A stretch of DNA of 64,000 bases, taken from assembly GCA_026390595.1 (NCBI GenBank), contig JAPLFQ010000033.1, positions 26,574 through 90,573 of the forward strand, written 5' to 3'. Below the pieces are notes generated by a model, which was not told where the DNA came from, made no database searches, and saw nothing but the letters and a program-made list of their open reading frames with translations. Of the stretch, positions 57,999 through 64,000 are shown piece after piece. Source of the DNA: Ignavibacteriales bacterium (lineage in GTDB: Bacteria > Bacteroidota > Ignavibacteria > UBA10030). The position numbers were made by a program, and so were the translations under genes. Position 1 is the stretch's first letter; each line of letters starts with the position of its first letter.

Positions 57999-59513
57999 AT
58001 GACGACGTTCGAAGAATTCAAGCAGTTAAGCAGCGGGGGCAATGTCATCCCCGTCTACGAAACACTTCTTGCCGACACAGAGACGCCAGTCTCCGTCTAT
58101 CTCAAGATACAGCAGGAAAGTCCCTACTCGTTTCTTCTGGAAAGCGTGGAAGGCGGCGACCAGGTTGGACGCTACTCGTTCATCGGCTTCAATCCCTTCA
58201 TGAGATTCTCCATTCAGGGGAAGAAGTTCAGCCTGGATACGTTCCACGATGACGTGAAGGTCTTGCCGGGCCTCGTGTCGCAGGATGACCATCCCCTCGT
58301 CGCTCTCAAGAAAATCTTCTCACATATCAAAACTGTCCGAAGTCCCGGACTTCCGCGCCTTTCGGGCGGGGCGGTGGGGTATTTCGGGTATGAGAGCGTG
58401 CAGCTCGTTGAGGATGTTCCTGTCATCCATCAGGACGAATTTGCTCTGCCTGATGCATTACTCCTTTTCTACGATGTAGTGCTTGTCTTCGATAATTTGC
58501 AGCGTCGGATTTTCCTTGTGTCCAATGCCTACCTCCCGGCGGAAGGGCGATCGGAACAGGTGCTGTTCTCCGAATACCAAAAGGCAACATCGGAAATCGC
58601 TCTTTTGAAACAGCTCTTGCGCCGTCCCGCAGCACCTGAGATTGGCACGGCTGAACTTCATGGACAAATGAAACGGGTGACGGAGAAGGAGCACTATTGT
58701 GCCGCGGTCGAGCGTTCACGGGAGTATATTGTTGAAGGTGACATTTTTCAGGTCGTGCTTTCTCAGCGGCTCGAGCAGGATGCTACCGTCGCACCATTCG
58801 ATCTGTACCGGGCGCTGCGTATGATCAACCCGTCCCCGTACATGTATTATCTGCAGTGCAAGGACTTCAGTATCATTGGGGCCTCACCTGAAATGCTCGT
58901 CCGCGTCGAAGATGGAGATGTCGAGACAAGACCGATCGCCGGTACCCGACGAAGGGGGGTGACGCGCGAAGAGGATGACCGCCTTGAAAAGGAGCTGATC
59001 GACGACCCGAAGGAACGTGCCGAACACTTGATGCTGGTCGATCTCGGGCGCAATGACCTCGGGCGAATCTGTTTGTACGGAAGCGTGCGTGTCGAGCAGT
59101 ACATGTCGGTCGAAAAGTATTCGCATGTCATGCATCTTGTTACGAGTGTACACGGCACGCTCCGCCCTGACTTGACTCAGATCTACGCCCTCTTTTCGTG
59201 TTTCCCTGCCGGAACCCTTACTGGGGCTCCGAAAATCAGGGCAATGGAGATCATCGCTGAACTCGAGAAGCTTCACCGTGGAGTCTATGGCGGAGCTGTG
59301 GCATACATCGATTTCTCCGGCAATCTCGATTCCTGCATCGCCATACGAACAATGGTGATGAAAGGGAAGGTACTTCGCTTCCAGGCGGGAGCGGGCATCG
59401 TGTATGACTCGAAACCGGAACGCGAGTATGAGGAAACGATGGAAAAGCTCCGCGCCAACCTGAAATCACTCGAAATGTTGACCAGTTCCGAACATATGAA
59501 CCGGAAGCCTTGA
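57999..59513 (+). CDS. trpE: Anthranilate synthase component I
   Basis: Chorismate-binding motifs LVDLGRNDLGRIC, IAGTRRRG and GGAVAYIDFSGNLDSCIAIRT. The ATG at 57999 was taken (track ORF from 57945). Confidence 0.9.
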   Translation: MTTFEEFKQLSSGGNVIPVYETLLADTETPVSVYLKIQQESPYSFLLESVEGGDQVGRYSFIGFNPFMRFSIQGKKFSLDTFHDDVKVLPGLVSQDDHPLVALKKIFSHIKTVRSPGLPRLSGGAVGYFGYESVQLVEDVPVIHQDEFALPDALLLFYDVVLVFDNLQRRIFLVSNAYLPAEGRSEQVLFSEYQKATSEIALLKQLLRRPAAPEIGTAELHGQMKRVTEKEHYCAAVERSREYIVEGDIFQVVLSQRLEQDATVAPFDLYRALRMINPSPYMYYLQCKDFSIIGASPEMLVRVEDGDVETRPIAGTRRRGVTREEDDRLEKELIDDPKERAEHLMLVDLGRNDLGRICLYGSVRVEQYMSVEKYSHVMHLVTSVHGTLRPDLTQIYALFSCFPAGTLTGAPKIRAMEIIAELEKLHRGVYGGAVAYIDFSGNLDSCIAIRTMVMKGKVLRFQAGAGIVYDSKPEREYEETMEKLRANLKSLEMLTSSEHMNRKP

Positions 59514-60080
59514 ATGGTTCTTGTCATCGACAATTATGACTCGTTCACGTACAATCTCGTCCAATATGTGGGGGAGATGGGTGAAGCGCTGACCGTCGTC
59601 AGGAACGATCGGATAACAGTACCGGAAATCCGGAAACTGAACCCGCGAGCGATCATCCTTTCACCCGGACCTTGCAGGCCTTCCGACGCCGGCGCGACCG
59701 TAGAGGTTGTGCGCCAGCTTCACAAGGAATATCCAATTCTCGGAGTCTGTCTGGGACATCAGGCAATCGGTGAAGCGTTGGGGGGCAGGGTTGTCAAGGC
59801 AGAGCAAATCTTCCATGGAAAGACCTCGCTCGTCCATCACACGGGACATGAAATCTTTGCGGACATCCCATCTCCGTTTACCGCCGCACGTTATCACTCA
59901 CTGATCGTAGAGAAAGTCACTCTCCCCCTGTGCCTTGAAGTGACTGCCTGGACGCCTGAGGGAGTGATCATGGGACTCCGCCACAGAGAACATCCAACGT
60001 TCGGAGTTCAGTTTCACCCCGAGTCGATTGCGACCGAGCACGGCAAGCAGATCCTCAGGAATTTCCTCTCAACGAATTAG
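59514..60080 (+). CDS. trpG: Anthranilate synthase component II (glutamine amidotransferase)
   Basis: ILGVCLGHQAIG (catalytic Cys) and HPES region. 188 aa. Abuts the trpE stop. Confidence 0.85.
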   Translation: MVLVIDNYDSFTYNLVQYVGEMGEALTVVRNDRITVPEIRKLNPRAIILSPGPCRPSDAGATVEVVRQLHKEYPILGVCLGHQAIGEALGGRVVKAEQIFHGKTSLVHHTGHEIFADIPSPFTAARYHSLIVEKVTLPLCLEVTAWTPEGVIMGLRHREHPTFGVQFHPESIATEHGKQILRNFLSTN

Positions 60081-60112
60081 CTGTGCACATTGTATGCTCA
60101 GAAAGGTCAGTT

Positions 60113-60829
60113 ATGGATTCTTCCCACGGCGTATCTGATCATGACGCGAAGCAGGACATCCAGCTTCGATCTCTCATCAACGCGCAGGATGACGTTTGGC
60201 GGATATTTCGAGTGATGGCGGAATTCGTCGACGGCTTCACGCTCCTGTCGAAGCAAGATAATCTTGTTTCGATCTTCGGGTCTGCACGCACGAAGTCGGG
60301 TACCCCGTACTATGAGCTGGCTGAAAGCGTGTCGCGGGAGCTCGTGAAGAGGGGCTTCAACATTCTGACAGGAGGGGGGCCAGGAATCATGGAAGCGGGG
60401 AACAAGGGGGCACGGGATCAGGGGGGTGGATCGGTCGGGGCCAACATTGAGCTCCCGCATGAGCAAAGCTCCAATCCTTATATTGACAAAAACCGACTAG
60501 TAACGTTCCGGCACTTTTTTGTCCGAAAAGTGATGTTCGTGAAGTACGCTCACGGATTCATCGTGCTCCCCGGCGGGTTGGGTACACTCGATGAGTTCTT
60601 CGAGGCAGTCACACTTATTCAGACGAAGAAGACGCGCCCCTTCCCGGTGATTCTGATGGGGTCAGGCTATTGGAATGGGCTCATCGACTGGATTCGCAAC
60701 GTGGTTCTTCCCGCTGGAAACATCTCTCCTGATGACCTGTCCTTGTTTCGGATTGAGGACGACCCGGCAAAAGCAGCTGAAATTGTTGAGGTTTTTTACA
60801 GAGAGAACAAGATGATCACGAATTTCTAA
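60113..60829 (+). CDS. LOG-family protein (TIGR00730; cytokinin riboside 5'-monophosphate phosphoribohydrolase-like)
   Basis: GGGPGIMEA ... PGGLGTLDEF motifs. ATG at 60113 (track ORF from GTG 60083). Confidence 0.8.
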   Translation: MDSSHGVSDHDAKQDIQLRSLINAQDDVWRIFRVMAEFVDGFTLLSKQDNLVSIFGSARTKSGTPYYELAESVSRELVKRGFNILTGGGPGIMEAGNKGARDQGGGSVGANIELPHEQSSNPYIDKNRLVTFRHFFVRKVMFVKYAHGFIVLPGGLGTLDEFFEAVTLIQTKKTRPFPVILMGSGYWNGLIDWIRNVVLPAGNISPDDLSLFRIEDDPAKAAEIVEVFYRENKMITNF

Positions 60830-60891
60830 AGCGAAATCGCTTGCATATTACCGGGGGTTTGTCTATCTTAATATCACCTCGCAGTAGAAAT

Positions 60892-60918
60892 AGCCCGCCT
60901 CATCGGGCTATTTTTTTT
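60892..60918 (+). terminator. Rho-independent terminator upstream of rimP
   Basis: AGCCCG-cctcat-CGGGCT followed by TTTTTTTT. The T-tract runs into the rimP ribosome-binding site region. Confidence 0.65.
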
Positions 60919-60931
60919 GGAATCCGGAGAA

Positions 60932-61387
60932 ATGACTGAAATCCTAGAAAAAATGAGGGTCTTGCTTTCGCCCATCCTCGAAGAACACGAGGCTTTTCTG
61001 GCTGATCTGTTGATTCGGAGCGAGCGGGGAGGAAAGCTCATTCAGGTTTTCGTGGACACCGACAAGGGAATCACGATCGAGGAATGCGCATCGGTCAGCC
61101 GTCTGTTTGCCCACGAGCTTGATCGGAGCGATTTGATTCAGGGTCCGTACCGGCTTGAAGTTTCATCCCCCGGGATTGACAAACCGCTTCGGATGTTGAG
61201 GCAGTACAACAAGAATATTGGAAGGCGTTTCAAGGTTCTTTATCAATCAGTCGGATCGCCGGTGACAGTTGTTGGAACACTTCTCTCAGTGGGAGAAGGC
61301 GCACTGACGTTTGAGACCGAGGCAGGTTCGACGACGACGCTTGAATTCACCAAGATTATCGAATCCAAAGAAGAACTGCCCTGGTAG
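60932..61387 (+). CDS. rimP: Ribosome maturation factor RimP
   Basis: The 152-aa sequence matches RimP along its length, including the canonical RimP N-domain (LVDLLIRSERGGKLIQVFVDTDKGITIEECASVSR). Followed by nusA. ATG with a GGAG ribosome-binding site (track ORF starts at a TTG inside the terminator). Confidence 0.85.
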   Translation: MTEILEKMRVLLSPILEEHEAFLADLLIRSERGGKLIQVFVDTDKGITIEECASVSRLFAHELDRSDLIQGPYRLEVSSPGIDKPLRMLRQYNKNIGRRFKVLYQSVGSPVTVVGTLLSVGEGALTFETEAGSTTTLEFTKIIESKEELPW

Positions 61388-61422
61388 CAGTTCAGTAAAG
61401 AGTATATTGTCCGGAGGTTTTC

Positions 61423-62904
61423 ATGAATCACGAAATAGTCGAATCATTTGCCCAAATGGTTCGCGAAAAAGGCATCGATAAGGATATCCTCGTCGGCATT
61501 GTCGAAGATATCTTTGGGATGATGGTCCGCAAGAAATACGGCCCGACTGCCAAATTCGATGTCGTTGTGAATATGGACAAGGGGGATATCGAAATCTACC
61601 TTGAGCGGGAAGTCGTCGAAGAGGTCGTGGACCCGGTCATGCAGATCGATATGAAGGAAGCCCGGAAGAAATCGGGCGAAGATATGGATGTGGGGGAGGA
61701 GTTTGTTGAGATCATCCCGCTTGAGAGTTTTGGGCGAAGACTTGTCGTCAGTGCGAAGCAGAATCTCAACCAGCGCATCAAGGAGATTGAGCGCGAAGCG
61801 ATCTACAACGAATACTCGACTTCGCTTGGCGAAATCGTCGTTGGAGAAATCTATCAGATTCGCAAAGGAAAGGGTGAGATTCTTGTCATTCACAACAAGA
61901 ACGAGTTGATCATACCCCGGAGCGATCAGATTTACAAGGAACGCTACAAGAAGGGCGACACAATTCGCGCTGTGGTCAAAGAAGTGCGAAAGGGGGCTGG
62001 GAACCCGGTGGTGATCATCTCGCGCACCGATCCGCAGTTCCTGATGCGCCTCTTCGAGATCGAAATTCCTGAAATTTATGACGGCATTATCGAAATCAAG
62101 GCTATCGCACGTGAACCAGGCGATCGCGCAAAAGTCGCAGTGTTGTCGCATGATGACCGCGTCGATGCTGTCGGCGCCTGCGTCGGCATGAAGGGCGTGA
62201 GAATTCACGCAATCGTGCGGGAACTCAACAACGAGAACATCGATGTGATTAATTGGAGCGATGACGCGCTTGTGTTCATCACGCGTTCGCTGTCTCCTGC
62301 AAAGCTGAAAGAAATCCAGATCGACAAGGAGGCGAAGAAGGCAAACGTGACTGTGGCGGCCGATCAGGTTTCTCTGGCCATCGGTAAGAATGGTCAGAAC
62401 GTCCGCCTTGCTTCCAAGCTCACTGGTTATGACATCCAGCTGATCAAGGAAGGTGGAGAAGACGAAGAGTACGACATGGATCTTTCCGAATTCCGCGAGG
62501 AATTGGGTGATGTCATGTTCCACAAGTTCTTCGATGAAGGCTATGAATCAGTGCACGATGTCATCGACACGACAGTCGATGAGCTCGTAAACACTCTTGG
62601 GATCGAGAAGGAGAGAATCGAAGAAATCGTTGCCCTCCTGAAGAAAGGTCTCGAAGACGCAGAAATTGAGGACGCTGAGGAATCCGGCGAAGCCATCGCT
62701 CCTGCAGCGCAGCCTGAAGCTCCGAGTGCAGAACTTACATCGGAGACCACAGAGCCGGCAGCTGATACGGGCGCAGCGGAAACAACCGAGGCGGCGAACG
62801 ATGCGGATGCGTCGGAGAAAACGGAGTCAGCAAGCGATCCGGATGAATCGAAAAAGGCGGAAGCAACCGAGCCGCCTGAGAACGAAGAAAAGCAACCGCA
62901 GTAG
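61423..62904 (+). CDS. nusA: Transcription termination/antitermination factor NusA with acidic C-terminal tail
   Basis: N-terminal domain, S1, KH1 and KH2, then one HhH-like acidic-repeat region and ~85 aa of Glu/Ala/Thr-rich low-complexity tail. Confidence 0.9.
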   Translation: MNHEIVESFAQMVREKGIDKDILVGIVEDIFGMMVRKKYGPTAKFDVVVNMDKGDIEIYLEREVVEEVVDPVMQIDMKEARKKSGEDMDVGEEFVEIIPLESFGRRLVVSAKQNLNQRIKEIEREAIYNEYSTSLGEIVVGEIYQIRKGKGEILVIHNKNELIIPRSDQIYKERYKKGDTIRAVVKEVRKGAGNPVVIISRTDPQFLMRLFEIEIPEIYDGIIEIKAIAREPGDRAKVAVLSHDDRVDAVGACVGMKGVRIHAIVRELNNENIDVINWSDDALVFITRSLSPAKLKEIQIDKEAKKANVTVAADQVSLAIGKNGQNVRLASKLTGYDIQLIKEGGEDEEYDMDLSEFREELGDVMFHKFFDEGYESVHDVIDTTVDELVNTLGIEKERIEEIVALLKKGLEDAEIEDAEESGEAIAPAAQPEAPSAELTSETTEPAADTGAAETTEAANDADASEKTESASDPDESKKAEATEPPENEEKQPQ

Positions 62905-62948
62905 CAGCATCACGTGTACTTCAGTACTCAGAACGGACAAAAATCTGC

Positions 62949-64000
62949 ATGGCTGAAACTGCAGCTAAGAAAATCAAAATATACAAGCTCGCGACCGAGC
63001 TGAATCTTTCTAGCGAGACGTTGATTGAGTTCTTGCACAAGAAGGGTTTTGAGGTGAAGAGTCACATGTCCTCGGTGGACGACGATATGCTGTCCGCCGT
63101 GATGGGACATTTCAAGAAAGAAAAAGACGTCGCGGAACGGCATCAGCGCAAACTCCAGGAATTCCGGACGTCCCGCAAGAAGGAGCCGACCGAGAAGACT
63201 GAAAAGAAGCCCGCGGTCGAGGAAGTACATGCTCCTCCGGCTCCTGTCGAGGAAGTCCCGCTGGTTGAGCCGATGGAAGAAGTGCCGCCGAGCACCGAGG
63301 AAGCAGCGGTAGAAACCGTTGTGACGCCAGAGACTGCTGAGTCTGCGTCGCCCGTGGTTGCTGAAGATGTCCCGCTAGTCCCGGAAGGGACGGCCGCAAC
63401 CGAAACTGTTGAGACGCCCCCCGTGGCACCGCGCGTGAGGAAACCTCTGACGCCGCTCGAGCAGGCGATGGCCCGTCCTAGGATGGGTCTGACGATCAAG
63501 GGGAAAATGGAAATTGCCCGTCCGGCGCCAGTGACTGCCGCGGCGGAAGAGTCAGAGGAAGACAAGAAGAAGAAGAAAAAGAAGAAGAAGAAAGTTCGTG
63601 AGGAGGCAAAGAAGGTCCCCGGACGTGCGGCGCCGGCTGACGAAGAAGCCGAAGTGAAGGGGAAGAAGCGCAAGAAATCGCGGCATGCAGAAGTCGATGA
63701 GATGCAGGTGGAAAAGGCTATCCGTGAAACGCTGGCAGAAATGACAGACGATTCACTGGGTTCACGCGCCGCGATACGGAAGAAACGAAAGAAAGAGCGG
63801 GAGGAGGAAGAACAACGCCTCCTGGAAGAAAAAGAACGCGACAAGATGCACATTCGCGTTACCGAATTTGTTACGGTCGGAGAGTTGGCAGATTTGATGC
63901 GCGCATCCGTCGCAGAGGTTATTCAGAAATGTATGACCTTGGGCATCATGGTGTCGATTAACCAGAGACTGGAAAAGGACACGATTCAGCTCGTCGCCGA
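62949..64000 (+). CDS. infB: Translation initiation factor IF-2, N-terminal part (3'-truncated by the window edge)
   Basis: Open frame from the ATG at 62949 to the window end. Lys-rich linker (KKKKKKKKKK at ~63571-63600). IF2_N domain (IRVTEFVTVGELADLMRASVAEVIQKCMTLGIMVSINQRLEKDTIQLV). Not in the ORF track because no stop lies within the window. Confidence 0.85.
   Translation, partial: MAETAAKKIKIYKLATELNLSSETLIEFLHKKGFEVKSHMSSVDDDMLSAVMGHFKKEKDVAERHQRKLQEFRTSRKKEPTEKTEKKPAVEEVHAPPAPVEEVPLVEPMEEVPPSTEEAAVETVVTPETAESASPVVAEDVPLVPEGTAATETVETPPVAPRVRKPLTPLEQAMARPRMGLTIKGKMEIARPAPVTAAAEESEEDKKKKKKKKKKVREEAKKVPGRAAPADEEAEVKGKKRKKSRHAEVDEMQVEKAIRETLAEMTDDSLGSRAAIRKKRKKEREEEEQRLLEEKERDKMHIRVTEFVTVGELADLMRASVAEVIQKCMTLGIMVSINQRLEKDTIQLVA

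Noticed and set aside
61444-62523. 359-aa ORF on the minus strand inside nusA. Similar long antisense ORFs occur at 42570-43535 (in dnaE), 45300-46127 (in aspS), 4590-5195 (in trpD), 10948-11481 (in the flippase) and 5302-5901.
   Set aside because: They overlap well-supported housekeeping genes on the opposite strand. They have low-complexity, Arg/Ser-rich translations typical of antisense frames in GC-rich DNA. No motifs.
63541-63600. AAG/AAA trinucleotide repeat
   Set aside because: In frame within infB, encoding a poly-Lys linker. Not a non-coding microsatellite.
46-64000. N-terminal extensions in the ORF track (e.g. 1499, 7758, 11825, 12928, 35450, 41622, 49591, 50817, 53010, 54607, 57945, 60083, 60917, 24844)
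   Set aside because: The track uses the first ATG/GTG/TTG after a stop. Homology-consistent internal ATG (or GTG for ispF) starts were chosen instead. Several extensions run through terminators or upstream genes.
1-64000. CRISPR arrays, transposases, toxin-antitoxin or phage-defence operons
   Set aside because: No repeat-spacer periodicity. No IS, transposase or integrase-like ORFs. No recognisable defence-system domains. Gene content is housekeeping plus glycan metabolism.

Overview
Annotation of a 64-kb chromosomal window (about 55% GC), mostly housekeeping genes; the three unusual loci are listed first.

Lineage. A -33 TTG / -7 TAnnTTTG promoter upstream of tRNA-Arg and a DUF-type lipoprotein zinc metalloprotease point to the Bacteroidota/Ignavibacteriota/Chlorobiota (FCB) group. 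Many genes still carry GGAG-type ribosome-binding sites.

Gene content, in order:
- rpsA (5' truncated), an MtaB-like methylthiotransferase, a secreted hypothetical protein and truA.
- A split tryptophan operon: trpD, a CBS/CorC gene, trpC, trpF and trpB. trpA is absent, and trpE-trpG sit about 50 kb downstream.
- A small exopolysaccharide/LPS unit of two GT1 glycosyltransferases and a Wzx-type flippase, followed by nadD and glgB with overlapping starts.
- A lipoprotein zinc metalloprotease.
- A minus-strand operon: an APC amino-acid permease, a 969-aa secreted multidomain protein and a 1125-aa GDE_C-like six-hairpin glycosidase.
- A minus-strand carbohydrate locus: a class V aminotransferase, a fused substrate-binding-protein/permease ABC gene, 6-phosphofructokinase, a GH18-like gene, a second ABC permease and a 750-aa six-hairpin glycoside hydrolase. 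It is divergent from a YdjC/ChbG-like deacetylase.
- A TPR lipoprotein, tRNA-Arg(CCT), proS, an aldehyde dehydrogenase, dnaE, trxA and aspS.
- prfB carrying the classical programmed +1 frameshift.
- lolC/E, a second lolC/E, lolD and a small membrane protein.
- tRNA-Lys(TTT) and tRNA-Leu(GAG).
- acyP, ispF, a DedA protein, a PAP2 phosphatase, lnt, ltaE and a thioesterase.
- trpE-trpG, a LOG-family protein, rimP, nusA and infB (3' truncated).

Not found: transposase, integrase, CRISPR array or any recognisable defence system.

Most unusual items:
- The translationally coupled pair of giant proteins at 18.5-24.8 kb.
- The glycan/aminosugar locus with the SBP-permease fusion and an embedded PFK.
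- A GATTGTCG repeat shared by the proS and APC-permease upstream regions.
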